Below, piece after piece: positions 1-10,243 of a stretch of 64,000 nt of DNA. The translations under genes and the position numbers were made by a program. The stretch is from contig CAWESM010000006.1 in the NCBI GenBank assembly GCA_963811715.1, forward strand, positions 35,237 to 99,236, read 5' to 3'. Position 1 is the stretch's first letter. Every line of letters begins with the position of its first letter. This stretch comes from Terriglobia bacterium (GTDB lineage Bacteria; Acidobacteriota; Terriglobia; Acidiferrales; UBA7541). The notes below the pieces were generated by a model. It had not been told where the DNA came from, made no database searches, and saw only the letters and a program-made list of their open reading frames with translations.

Positions 1-1126
1 CTGTCCTTTACGACGAAGCGCAAGTAATAGGGCGCGGTGAACTCTCCGCTCACCTCTTTTGGCAGCTCGACGGCCGGGAGAGCATTGCCAGACGACGTCC
101 GGCCGCTCCGCGCAACGGAATACAGATCCGAAATCACGGCGACGGCCGTGGGATCTCCTCCCGCTCCAAAGCCGGAAAAAACCATTTGTCCGGAATATTT
201 TCCCGTCACCATGACAAGGTTCTTGCTGCCCTCGACATGCGCGACCAGAGAGGAAACCGGCACCAGCGCCGGACGGACGAATCCATGAATGCTCAATCCA
301 TCTTCGGTTTCCTTTTTGGCCAGGGAAATCTGGCGAATCGTGCAATTCAGTTCGCGCGCATAGGCAAAATCCACGGCTTCCACCGAGGAAATCGGCCAGC
401 AAGGAATTTGTTCGCTATGCACGCGAGCGCGCAAACCAGCCTGCGTTAAAATGATAAGCTTCGCGCGAGCGTCGAATCCCTCGACATCATCCCGTGGATT
501 CGCTTCGGCAAATCCCAACTCTTGCGCTTCCTTCAAAGCAGTTTCAAAGCTTGCGCCGGTCGCTTCCATTTTTGTCAAAATGAAATTGCACGTCCCGTTC
601 AACACGCCTGCGATTTTATAGAGTTGATCTCCTGCCAGACCTTCCTGGATTCCGATGATGGCGGGAATTCCTCCGGCAACGGAGGCCCCGAATTCGAGAC
701 GCTTCCTTGTTCGCGGGCCAGTTCCACCAATTCCGGGCCGCTGTGGGCAATCAGGAGTTTGTTCGCGGTCACCACCGATTTGCCGGCCCGCAGCGCTTTT
801 CGAATCCACTCGCCGGCAGGCTTGATGCCTCCCACCAGTTCCACGAAAATGTCGGCGTCCGAGGAAAGCACTTCGTGGATGCTTTCCGTCCAGCGGACGC
901 TGGGGGGAACCCAATCCACTTTTTTCCGATTCACTTTGCGATTGAAAATGTGCGTCAACTCAAAACTATCATTCGCTTCCTGGCAGAGCAGCTTGGCGAC
1001 CGAGCGGCCGACAGTGCCAAAGCCGGCGAGAGCGATCTTCAGCTTCCTGTGGGCAGGTCTCTTCTTATTCCTGGATTCCACCTTGCTTTCGGACTTCGAT
1101 TTCGCACGATTCACTTTTGCCGCCAA
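1..1126 (-). pseudogene. hom: homoserine dehydrogenase; 3' end runs off the left window edge; one apparent frameshift (or assembly indel) near 705-707
   Basis: ORF 599..1126(-) has the NAD-binding start KIALAGFGTVGRSV. After ...ELAREQG the homoserine-DH sequence KRLEFGASVAGGIPAI...GVLNGTCNFIL...ANPRDDVEGFDA...GAGGDPTA...YYLRFVVKD continues in a different minus-strand frame down to base 1. Confidence 0.8.
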
Positions 1127-1270
1127 TTCATCACCTCGCTCGAAACAGGGACAGGGTTCGTCTTCCCTTCAGACGGCAAGGATTATAAGGTATTTCGGTA
1201 TCCAGCCCCGGGAATCTAATGGGTAGGCGGGGAATGCGACCCGCCAGGCCCGGGCGGAATCTAATACCAC

Positions 1271-2149
1271 ATGGCCCAGATCGACCATCGGTTGCCGCAG
1301 AACGTAGAAGGCGAGTTCTTCGTGGACTCCACGTGCATCGATTGCGATGCCTGCCGGCAGATCGCGCCCGCAAGTTTTCACGATCATGGCGGGCAGTCCA
1401 GCGTTTACCGGCAGCCGCAAAATCCGGGCGAACTGCATCGCGCTCTCATGGCGCTGGTGGCCTGCCCCACGGCGTCGATCGGAACAGCGTCCCGCCGCAG
1501 TACCCGCGCGGGCGTCGACGCATTTCCCGTCCACGTTGTGGAGGACGTTTACTTCTGCGGCTTCACGTCGGAAGCGAGTTTCGGCGCGTGGTCGTACTTG
1601 ATCGTGCGATCGCCGAAACAGGGCGGAAACGTGCTGGTCGATTCGCCGCGATTCACAACTCCATCTGGTAAAACGCATCGAGCAAATGGGCGGAGTGAAC
1701 CTCATGTTCCTTTCGCACCGTGATGATATTGCGGACCACGCCGAGTTTGCCGCGCATTTCCATTGCCCGCGTATGATGCACGAAGGGGACGGCGCCACCG
1801 GCGCGGGGCATCGAGCAGGTAATCTCCGGAGTGGATCCTGTGCGGATCGATGACGATCTCCTGTTGATCCCCACCCCCGGCCACACGCGCGGCCACCAGG
1901 TTCTTCTGTATCGCGACAAGGTGCTATTTACGGGCGACCACCTGGCGTGGTCGCCGGCGCGCGAAACCTTGACGGCCTTCCGCGACGTCTGCTGGTATTC
2001 CTGGACAGGAGCAGACTCGCTCGATGGAAAAACTGCTCGACTATCGCTTCGAATGGGTTCTGCCGGGTCACGGCCGCATCCACCACGGCACCGCCGAAGA
2101 AATGCATGAACATCTCGAACGCTGCGTCGCGTCCATGAAGAACCAATAA
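1271..2149 (+). pseudogene. ferredoxin-like (4Fe-4S) / metallo-beta-lactamase-fold fusion protein, three apparent frameshifts
   Basis: N-terminus FFVDSTCIDCDACRQIAP (Cys-cluster motif). MBL-fold motifs LMFLSHRDDIADH and LIPTPGHTRGH. A continuous protein is obtained only by switching frame near ~1650, ~1800 and ~2008. The last frame ends EWVLPGHGRIHHGTAEEMHEHLERCVASMKNQ* at 2149. Confidence 0.7.
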
Positions 2150-2177
2150 AGCCGCTAATGTAGAATCGTGTTTGTGG

Positions 2178-2197
2178 GTCGCGGCTTCAGCCGCGAC
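2178..2197. repeat. perfect 8-bp-stem hairpin GTCGCGGC-TTCA-GCCGCGAC, same loop and design as the REP-like hairpins at 22.5 and 42.0 kb
   Basis: Read directly from the sequence. Lies just downstream of the MBL-fusion stop and 18 bp before the IS end. No T-run follows, so it is not a typical intrinsic terminator. Confidence 0.5.
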
Positions 2198-2214
2198 ATT
2201 CGGGATCATGGAAG

Positions 2215-3596
2215 AAAGGGCTTTAGAGTCTGTGTGAAGACTCGATGCCGTTTCGATTTTGTTCCTTGAGTTTGAGCATATGACGCTTACCGCCGAATGT
2301 TTTGGTGAATTTGTGGTTGCGGGGCGGCTAGTTGGCGCGCCACATGCGCGTCAAGTTATACGCAGTGCTGGTCAGCGCCCACTCTACCCTCACCTTGGCC
2401 ATTCCTCTTCGCCGGAACCTCCGCATCCCGCGTTGCTCTTTCAACACTCCGTTCACTGGCTCCACGATCGTTTTGCGTTTGGCGTACATCGCGCGGCCTG
2501 CCGGGTCTCGCAATTTCCGCCGCATCCGGCGATGGACCGGATCGCTGGCTCGGGTCCGCAGCGGTCCTCCGCGATTCAAGCAGCGCGCCAAATTCGAGTC
2601 TGGAACGTAGCCGTCGATTTGTCGTTCCTCCAAAGCCCGCAAATTATCCACCGAAAAAAATCCGCTGTCCGCACTCGCACAGTGCAGTTTCTCTCCACAC
2701 TGCTGCTCCACCAAATCCACCATCGGCAGCAGCAAGTCATTGTCGTTGGTTTCCTGCGTCACGCACTGCCCCACAATCAAGTGATCCTCACTGACCGCCA
2801 GCGTGGCCGTGTAGCCCAGCGTGAACCCGCCCCGCTCGCGCAGAAAACGGCTGTCCGGATCGGTGCGCGAGAGTTTCTTCAGGCCCGCTTTCTGCAGCCG
2901 GTCCAAGCGTGCGGGAATTTCTTCCCGTTGCTGCTCCAGCCGCGCGATTACTTCGCGGCCCACTTCGTTGCCCGCACCTTCGTTCGGATCCTCCGCGTCG
3001 CACTGCTTCTGCCAACGGCGAATGTCGCGCCGAATGCGCGCCCGCGCCTGGCGCAGCGCGGGCTCGGTGTCCAGGCGATTCCGCGAAGCGTTCGCCGCGA
3101 TGCGCGTCGAGTCGATGGCCACGTGGCCCAAGCGGCCCAGTCCGTTGGCCCGCGCCAACTCCACCACACGCGTGAACAAATCGTTCAGCCCTCTCGCGTG
3201 CCGCCGCCGGAAATCGTTCAGCGTCCAATGATCCGGCCCCGCCCCGCCCGCCAAGTAGCGAAACGCCAAATCCTCGCGAATGCGCTGCTCCAGCCGCCGC
3301 GAACTGGTCACCCCCAGCGCGTAGGCGTACAACCAAACCGAAACCAACATCTCCGGCGCGTAAGCGGGCCCGCCTTCGGTCCCGTACTCGTCTCGGAAGG
3401 CGCCCAAGTTCAGTTTCGCCACCACGCCCCGCACAAAAAAGCACAAATGGCCCGGGCTCAATACATCGCGCACACTCGGCGGCAGCAAATACGCCTGATC
3501 CGGGTTGTAATCCAAAAATTTCGCCATCGCGTCCCCTCTCTCGTGCAGTATAAGGGACGCGTCAAGGCTAGTTCTCACACAGACTCTTTAGCCCCT
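2215..3596 (-). mobile_element. IS1182-family-like insertion sequence (about 1.38 kb) with imperfect terminal inverted repeats and putative 4-bp target duplication GAAG
   Basis: Left end GGGCTTTAGAGTCTGTGTGA (2218-2237) matches the reverse complement of the right end (3576-3595) GGGCTAAAGAGTCTGTGTGA at 18/20. GAAG is present at 2211-2214 and at 3597-3600. Contains a single transposase ORF. Confidence 0.75.
2328..3527 (-). CDS. DDE transposase, IS1182-family-like
   Basis: MAKFLDYNPDQAYLLPPSVRDVL...GGPAYAPEMLVSVWLYAYALGVTSSRRLEQRIREDLAFRYLAGG..PDHWTLNDFRRRH is the N-terminal pattern I recognise for IS1182-type transposases. ATG at 3527 preferred over the alternative upstream start at 3578. Confidence 0.85.
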   Translation of the reverse strand: MAKFLDYNPDQAYLLPPSVRDVLSPGHLCFFVRGVVAKLNLGAFRDEYGTEGGPAYAPEMLVSVWLYAYALGVTSSRRLEQRIREDLAFRYLAGGAGPDHWTLNDFRRRHARGLNDLFTRVVELARANGLGRLGHVAIDSTRIAANASRNRLDTEPALRQARARIRRDIRRWQKQCDAEDPNEGAGNEVGREVIARLEQQREEIPARLDRLQKAGLKKLSRTDPDSRFLRERGGFTLGYTATLAVSEDHLIVGQCVTQETNDNDLLLPMVDLVEQQCGEKLHCASADSGFFSVDNLRALEERQIDGYVPDSNLARCLNRGGPLRTRASDPVHRRMRRKLRDPAGRAMYAKRKTIVEPVNGVLKEQRGMRRFRRRGMAKVRVEWALTSTAYNLTRMWRAN

Positions 3597-3626
3597 GAAG
3601 TCAGTTCGCGTATTCTGTTTCCGATC

Positions 3627-4833
3627 TCAGACCCGTTCGAGCATGATGGCGATGCCCTGCCCGACTCCAATGCACATTGAGGCCAGCGCGTAGCGCCCTT
3701 TGCTGCGCTGAATCTGACGCGCCGCGGTCAACACCAGCCGCGCGCCGCTCATTCCCAGAGGATGCCCAATAGCGATCGCGCCGCCGTTGGGATTCACTTT
3801 TTCGCTGTCGTCCGGCAGACCGAGTTCGCGCGTCACTGCCAGCGACTGCGCGGCAAACGCTTCGTTCAATTCGAACACGTCCACATCCGCCATCGACATT
3901 TTCAATCGCGCCAGCAGCTTTCGAACGGCGAAGATCGGGCCGATTCCCATGTAGTCCGGCTCCACGCCCGCTGTCGCCATGCCCAGGACGCGCGCTGATC
4001 GGCTCCAACCCAAACCGGGCGGCCGCAGCTTCCGAAGCCACAAACATCGCGCACGCGCCGTCGTTGATGCCGGAGGCGTTTCCTGCCGTCACGGTGCCGC
4101 CTTGACGGAACGGAGTCGGCAATTTGGCCAGAGCCTCGAGAGTCGTGTCCGGGCGAATATGCTCGTCTTCCGAAACGGTCCTCACGGTTCCCTTGAGCCG
4201 GGAATATTTACGGGCACAATTTCCTCCGCGAGGATTCCCGCCTTCTGCGCTGCTGCGGCCTTCAGTTGCGAGCGCAGCGCGAAGCAATCCTGCGCCGCCC
4301 GGTCGACTTTATATTTTTCCGCGACGTTTTCGGCCGTTTCCGGCATGGACGCGGTCCCGTACATTTTCACCATTTGCGGATTGATGAAGCGCCAGCCGAT
4401 CGTCGTGTCATAGATTTCCGCGGTCCGCGAGAAAGCGGAGGCCGCCTTGGGCATCACGAATGGCGCGCGGCTCATGCTTTCCACGCCGCCCGCAATCGCC
4501 AGCGAAATTTCGCCGGCGGCGATGGCGCGCGCCGCCACGGAAACCGCTTCCATCCCGGAACCGCACAAGCGGTTTACGGTTGCAGCCGGGCACACTGCAG
4601 GGAATGCCGGCAAGCAGCAACGCCATCCGCGCGACATTGCGGTTGTCCTCCCCCGACTGGTTCGCGCATCCGAAGATGACTTCATCGAGCGATTCCCAGT
4701 CGCTCTTCTCGAATTGTTCCCGCAAGGCCTTCAAGGGAGTTGCGGCAAGATCGTCCGTGCGAACCTGCGAGAGCGCTCCGCCATAACGGCCGATCGGCGT
4801 CCGGATTCCCTCACAAATAAATGCGTTGGGCAT
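3627..4833 (-). pseudogene. acetyl-CoA C-acyltransferase (thiolase), three apparent frameshifts
   Basis: Three overlapping minus-strand ORFs together give a full thiolase: MPNAFICEGIRTPIGRYGG... / ...ATVNRLCGSGMEAV (active-site Cys region) / ...[10 protein letters not shown]... / ...[20 protein letters not shown]...[10 protein letters not shown]. Frame changes near ~4585, ~4195 and ~3988. Confidence 0.85.
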
Positions 4834-5735
4834 ACGCGCTGGCTTCCTCTCTCGATTCGTTGCGCCTCAAATCTGTCTGCGCCGCGGCCTTGCCGAGACC
4901 GAGCACGCGCTCCGCGTTTCGGTGGAAGACGCGCTCCTTGATATCGTCCGAATAGCCGAGTTCATCCCACTCGCGCAGCAGCCGCGGATACGGAATACTC
5001 GGATAGTCGCTGCCGAACAAAACCTTATCCTTCAACCGCCCTCGAATGTCGCGCACCAAAGACGGCGGAAAATATTGCGGCGCATAGCCGGACACTTCCC
5101 AATACACGTTGCCTTTGTGCAAGGCGACTGCCGTCATTTCCTCGACCCACGGCCAGCCAGTATGCGCAGCGATAATCGTCATGTTAGGAAAGTCGGCGGC
5201 CAAGTTCGTCGATCGCTGACGGATGCGCATGGCGGATCTTGGCGCCCATCCCGCCGGGCAGGCCCGCTCCCATCCCGGTCGTGCCAACGTCGATCATCAC
5301 CGGCACCTTCAGTTCATTGATAATCTCAAAGAGTGGATACAGCCGCCTATCGTTGACGGCGAAATGTCCCATGATCGGATGGAAGTGGAACCCCAACATT
5401 CCGAGATCGCGGATCGCGTGCTTGGCTTCACGAATAGCGGCCTCGCCTTTGAAGGGATCGACCGCGCCCCACGCTTGAATGATCCGGTCCGGGTGCCGTT
5501 TCTGCATGGCCGAAACGTAATCGTTCGAGCAGGGAGGCGTCGCGACGGTTGTTTCAAGATCGAGCGCCACCAGAATGGCTTCCACGCCCGCATCCGCGAA
5601 ATCCTTGACAACTTCTTCTTCCCTCTTCGGAACCCAATCACGCTTCCAATACTTCGCCAGCGCATCCACGTATGGTTGCTGGCAGGCGATCCACTCTTGG
5701 GTGTTGGGGTAGCAATGAACGTCGATGATTCTCAC
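4811..5735 (-). pseudogene. amidohydrolase-2 family metal-dependent hydrolase/decarboxylase, one apparent frameshift near ~5200
   Basis: ORF 5184..5735 (MRIIDVHCYP...GFHFHP...) and ORF 4811..5287 (...AADFPNMTIIAAHTGWPW...LFGSDYP) join as ...HPSAIDEL|AADFPNMTII with a 1-nt frame change. Confidence 0.7.
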
Positions 5736-5767
5736 AAAACTCTCCGAAGAAAATCCCGAATCCTGGT

Positions 5768-7435
5768 TTACGCGGTGGGGCGGCTCCGCTGGGCTCTCTC
5801 CGCCGCGACTCTCGGCGAAATCATTTCCACCAGTTTTTTCTTGGAGACTTTGCCGAATGTCGACAGCGGAAAATCCGGCAGAATTTCCAGGCGCTCGGGA
5901 ATTTTATACTTGGCGATTTCCTTCCCCATCAAAAAAGATTTCAGTTCGTCGAAGCGCAGACCCGCGGTGCCGCGCAACAATACGCAAGCGCACATTCGTT
6001 CTCCCAAATCGGGGTCTGGGACGGCGATGCAGGCAACATTCTTGACCGACGGATGCGAGAGAATGAGATTTTCGACTTCCTCCGCGCTAATTTTTTCGCC
6101 GCCACGATTGATCAAGTCTTTCTTTCGTCCCTCGACCATGTAGTTCCCCGAGGGATGCTGCCGCATCAAGTCGCCCGACCGGTAAAAACCATCCAGGGTG
6201 AACGTGCGGGCATTGTACTCCGGCACGCCGAAATAGCCGCGCAAGGTGTACGGACCGCGGCAACACAATTCGCCCACTTCGCCGAACGGAACTTCGTTGT
6301 CGTCGTCATCCAGAATACGCACTTCATCATCCGCGCTGACGGGACGTCCCACCGTTTCGAGACGAACGTCCTCGGGATCATCAATCCGCACGAACATGAT
6401 CAGGCCTTCCGACATCCCGAAGTTTTCCTGCACGAAGGCGCTCGGGATCAGTCTCCTTGAGAGGAGCCGAACCTCCGGCTGGAGCCGCTGCCCGCCGCTT
6501 TGGATGTAACGCAGGGAAGAAAGATCGTATTTTTTCACCGCGGGATCGTTGAGCAGCCGGATCAGCAACGCGGGAACAACTTTTAGATGCGTCACGCGAT
6601 GTTTCTCAATCAAAGCGCACATGTCGTCGGGCTTGGTGCTCGTGCTGACCACCACCCTGCCGCCGTGAAACAGGAAACCCTGGATACCGGGACACGCCAG
6701 AGGCAGGTTGTGCGCGATGGGAAGCACGATCAAGAGAATCGAATCAGCGGTTACACCACAAACCCCCGCGGCAGCTTTGGAATTGTAAGCGTAGTCGTTG
6801 TGCGTGCGCGGGATCAGCTTCGGGATTCCCGTGGTCCCTCCGGACAATTGAAAAACCGCGGGATCCATTGGGTCAATCCGGATCGCGGAAAGAGCTGACG
6901 CGGGAAGTCTGGGAGGCGTAGCAATCATTTCCGTGAGCGATAGAAAACCTTCGCGTGGCTCGCCGAGAAGGATCCCGAATTTCAACGTTGGCCTTTCCTT
7001 TCGAATGCGATCGACGATGGACGCATAGTCACAATCCCCATGGGGGTCGGGGATTACGCAAGCCGTAGCGCCGGAAAGCTGCACGAACTGGCTGATTTCC
7101 GCGTACCGGTGAGTCACCAGCGCCGCAATCGGGATGCACCCGATCTTTTGCAGCGCAAAGTAGAGGATCACAAATTCAGCTACGTTCGGCAGTTGAACCA
7201 CTACCCGATCGAGCGGCACAAGCCCCGCGCCGAGAAGATGCAGAGCCAGGTTGCTCGACAAGCGGTCCAGTTCGGCATACGTGATGGATCGGTCGCGGTC
7301 GATCAGGACGATCCGGTCCGCGTAGCGTTCGAAAACCACCTTGAATTCCTGCGTGAGCGACTTGTCAGCCCAATATCCTCGCTCACGATAACGCTTCGCG
7401 AACTCCGGCGGAAACGGCACGACCCCTTCCAACAT
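5768..7435 (-). CDS. aryl-acid (2,3-dihydroxybenzoate-type) AMP ligase / aryl-CoA synthetase
   Basis: Intact 555-aa ORF. The N-terminus FPPEFAKRYRERGYWADKSL resembles the EntE/DhbE-type start. Adenylation core motifs LSGGTTGIPKLIPRTH, YRSGDL and GRKKDLINRGGEKI are present. Confidence 0.8.
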   Translation of the reverse strand: MLEGVVPFPPEFAKRYRERGYWADKSLTQEFKVVFERYADRIVLIDRDRSITYAELDRLSSNLALHLLGAGLVPLDRVVVQLPNVAEFVILYFALQKIGCIPIAALVTHRYAEISQFVQLSGATACVIPDPHGDCDYASIVDRIRKERPTLKFGILLGEPREGFLSLTEMIATPPRLPASALSAIRIDPMDPAVFQLSGGTTGIPKLIPRTHNDYAYNSKAAAGVCGVTADSILLIVLPIAHNLPLACPGIQGFLFHGGRVVVSTSTKPDDMCALIEKHRVTHLKVVPALLIRLLNDPAVKKYDLSSLRYIQSGGQRLQPEVRLLSRRLIPSAFVQENFGMSEGLIMFVRIDDPEDVRLETVGRPVSADDEVRILDDDDNEVPFGEVGELCCRGPYTLRGYFGVPEYNARTFTLDGFYRSGDLMRQHPSGNYMVEGRKKDLINRGGEKISAEEVENLILSHPSVKNVACIAVPDPDLGERMCACVLLRGTAGLRFDELKSFLMGKEIAKYKIPERLEILPDFPLSTFGKVSKKKLVEMISPRVAAERAQRSRPTA

Positions 7436-7453
7436 TGGCTCTCCCCTTTTGGC

Positions 7454-8215
7454 TCAGGTTGTTGCCGCAAATCCCCCGTCGATGACGATGATTTCGCCGG
7501 TGACAAAGCGGTTGCTCGCGATTAAGTTTACGATCACTTCGGCTACATCCTCGGGTGTCGCGACGCGGCGCAGCGGCGTCTGTTTCGCGCGGCGCCCCAT
7601 CAGATCATCATACTTGTCCTTGAGCATTCGCACCATCCAGTCGCCCTCCATCCATCCTGGCGCCACCGCGTTCACCCGGATTTCCGGAGCCAGATTAAGC
7701 GCAAGCAGCTTGGTGAGGCTCACGACCGCCGCCTTGCTCGCGGCATAGGGCAGAGGCTGAGGGCCCGGCCGCAATCCGACGATGCTGGCTGTGTTGACGA
7801 TGCTGCCGCCCGCGGCCTTCAGAAGAGGCACAGCGGCGCGCGTAACCTGGAACACACCGCGAACGTTGACCGCGAAAACGCGGTCCCACTCCTCGGCCGT
7901 CATGGCCTCGAAGTCTTTCGCTTTGATATCGGTCGTTGTGCCGGCGTTGTTCACCACGGCGTCGAGGCGGCCGAACTCCTGCTTGGCCGCTTCGAGCATT
8001 TTGCGGACGCACGGATCATCGCTGACGTCACACTTAAAGAGCAGCGTCTTCGCGCCTTTTGCCTGCGCCCGCTCCGCCGTGGTGCGAGCCGCCTGCTCAC
8101 TCCGGCTGTAGTTGATGACCACATCGAATCCCACTTCGGCCAGCGCCACCGCCGCAGCCCGGCCAATTCCGGTTGCCGCACCGGTGACTAACGCTACTTT
8201 CCTGCTCTGCACCAT
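7454..8215 (-). CDS. short-chain dehydrogenase/reductase (FabG-like)
   Basis: TGAATGIGRA cofactor motif, NNAG, and the YAASKAAV catalytic Y-x3-K. 253 aa. Confidence 0.85.
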   Translation of the reverse strand: MVQSRKVALVTGAATGIGRAAAVALAEVGFDVVINYSRSEQAARTTAERAQAKGAKTLLFKCDVSDDPCVRKMLEAAKQEFGRLDAVVNNAGTTTDIKAKDFEAMTAEEWDRVFAVNVRGVFQVTRAAVPLLKAAGGSIVNTASIVGLRPGPQPLPYAASKAAVVSLTKLLALNLAPEIRVNAVAPGWMEGDWMVRMLKDKYDDLMGRRAKQTPLRRVATPEDVAEVIVNLIASNRFVTGEIIVIDGGFAATT

Positions 8216-8375
8216 GCGGTTCTCCTAGCCGAAGCGGTTCGCTCGAGAACGTGCCGTTTCGGGCCACGTTGTAATCGTGTGTCAGATTCCAACACCCAGA
8301 TGTTCGTACCACACCTGCCGCAGGCACTCAAACAGAGCGCTTTGAAAAACGCTTCTGGATGGATGCGGTCAGCTT

Positions 8376-8699
8376 CTAGGATAGATCAAGAGCCAACTTG
8401 AGCGCGCGGTCCAACTCCGCAAGTTTCGGCCCTGAGAGCGATCCCACGTAGTGGGTCAGCTCAGACTTACGCATGCTGATGAGATTGTCGCACATGATAC
8501 AACTCAGATGTTTGATGCCTTCATCGGGACCGATGGAGACCTGCGTCGATAATCCCTCGCCGCTGCTGAAAATAGGAGCGCAAATAACAGTCGAGAAGCG
8601 AGAATCGATGAGCGCCTGGCGGCTCACGATAGCGAAAATTCGGTATTGCTTTGGTTCTCCTCCCGGTTTGAACACACGATACAGCTCACCTCGTCTCAT
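8376..8699 (-). CDS. mazF: PemK/MazF-family type II toxin (mRNA interferase)
   Basis: 107 aa. MRRGELYRV...[22 protein letters not shown]...[12 protein letters not shown] matches the PemK/MazF fold pattern. Sits directly downstream of a small antitoxin-like gene. Confidence 0.8.
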   Translation of the reverse strand: MRRGELYRVFKPGGEPKQYRIFAIVSRQALIDSRFSTVICAPIFSSGEGLSTQVSIGPDEGIKHLSCIMCDNLISMRKSELTHYVGSLSGPKLAELDRALKLALDLS

Positions 8700-8721
8700 G
8701 CGCGCCCCCCGGCGGAATGGA

Positions 8722-8955
8722 TCAATCCTCGGCTGCCTGGTAATCCAGGGCTTCCGTGGCCTCCGAGTTCAGCCGATCCGCGGCGGCATTGATGCGTTCC
8801 AAATCTCGGGCATGTATCTTCCTGCGGCTGCGTTCCCGGAAGTAGTGCCGGAGCACCTGCTCAATAAAGGCGGAGCGCGAAAATTTGGACCCAGCCAGAT
8901 GATCCACTTTTGCCAGGATGTCCGATGATAGTGTGATGGAAGTCTTCTCTTTCAT
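8722..8955 (-). CDS. ribbon-helix-helix (CopG-like) antitoxin
   Basis: 77 aa. N-terminal [19 protein letters not shown]...[14 protein letters not shown] is a typical RHH strand-helix-helix. 22-bp gap to the toxin gene. Confidence 0.7.
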   Translation of the reverse strand: MKEKTSITLSSDILAKVDHLAGSKFSRSAFIEQVLRHYFRERSRRKIHARDLERINAAADRLNSEATEALDYQAAED

Positions 8956-9498
8956 ACGACCATAATACTACCAAATGGCACCGCCCTCCGCCAAATTCGG
9001 ATTGCATATCAAGATTCTGCCACCGGGGAAACGGCGCTCTCGTTTGCTAAAGACCGCGGAACACGCCGCACTTTGAAGACCTCTCAGTTCCAGTCGTGGA
9101 CCCGTGGATTAGATGAATTTAATGGTGGATTTGAACCGGCGGCTTTCAGGGTAGAAACGCGACTCGCTCGCAATGCATTAAAAAAAATCAGGTTGCAATG
9201 CTCGTCACGGTTCGTGTCACCCGGCGTCGCGTGATGTGCCATTCCGGCGCACAGGAAATCGAATGGCCTCTATACCTATTGACACTTTGTAACCATCGGC
9301 GCAAAGTACACGGGCAGGTTGGAAACGAACTCGGCAAGCGATTCTACCCGCGTAATCTCCTCCCCCTTCTAGATTGCCCCGTGAAATTGCAATTCGGCTC
9401 CCTGCGCGTCAAATGAAAAATTCTTGGCTAATCAAAGAGCCGACCCAGGCCGATGTTCCCTCAGGGGGCCGGCAAGCCAATGGAACAGGGGGCCCGCT

Positions 9499-10119
9499 AT
9501 GAACGGTAGAAGGGGTTTCAAAATTAGACGTCGCGAGGAAAAGGAGTTTTCAGTTCATCCGAAAGCTTTCATCTTCATCGATAAGCGGACCGGCACGCAG
9601 CGCTTCGAAGTGAAAGCGAATGCGGATGGAACCATCCCCATCGATGAGGCGGTCAGCCTGCTTGTGGTTCACTGCCTGATGCGCAACCAGGGGCCGAATG
9701 ACTTCAAAGTGATGGTCTCGGCCGGCGAAAACCTCCTGGAGGACTTAAGACCGCGTGCGCGGAAACTGATTCATGCTTGTCCTTCGATACAGGCATCCCT
9801 TCAACTTACCAGCCGTCAGCAAGAAGTGTTCCGTGGAGTTCAGCAAGGACTCTCGAACAAAGAGATAGGAAAGAAGCTGAACCTTTCAGAGCGGACGGTG
9901 AAATTTCACGTTTCCTCCTTGTTGGTGAAGTTCGACGTTGCCGGACGAATAGGCCTGGTGCGCAAGGCTGCCGATTTCCTTTCGGTGGTGAAAGTTCCCG
10001 CGGGCGTCGAACTTCCTCGACTTGGCGCCGTCGAAGGCCAAGGCGTAGGGCAGGAGATTAGGATTTCGAGGGAGAGCCTGGTACAGGTGAACGCTTTGGA
10101 AAGAAGATCCCGCGGATGA
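9499..10119 (+). CDS. LuxR/GerE-type HTH transcriptional regulator with uncharacterised N-terminal domain
   Basis: LTSRQQEVFRGVQQGLSNKEIGKKLNLSERTVKFHVSSLLVKF is a canonical GerE HTH. ATG at 9499 chosen; the ORF track starts at a TTG at 9424, so the start is uncertain. Confidence 0.75.
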   Translation: MNGRRGFKIRRREEKEFSVHPKAFIFIDKRTGTQRFEVKANADGTIPIDEAVSLLVVHCLMRNQGPNDFKVMVSAGENLLEDLRPRARKLIHACPSIQASLQLTSRQQEVFRGVQQGLSNKEIGKKLNLSERTVKFHVSSLLVKFDVAGRIGLVRKAADFLSVVKVPAGVELPRLGAVEGQGVGQEIRISRESLVQVNALERRSRG

Positions 10120-10243
10120 CTTGCATCGGGGATCGAGTGACGAGGAACCAGGAGACTGCGGCCGCAGGGCCAGTCGAACCATCCCCTCATGGCAGAGACA
10201 TTGGGATTGCACCAATTCAGTTCTCTGCAGCGGAGGTGCTTGA

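Noticed and set aside
2259-3680. 473-aa ORF on the plus strand
   Set aside because: It is the antisense shadow of the IS transposase gene. Its composition is Arg/Pro/His/Gln-rich with no recognisable motifs, while the opposite strand gives a clean transposase.
9198-9416. 72-aa ORF in the 540-bp non-coding stretch upstream of the LuxR-type gene
   Set aside because: It has no RBS, odd composition and lies in an AT-richer region that more plausibly holds promoters or operators.
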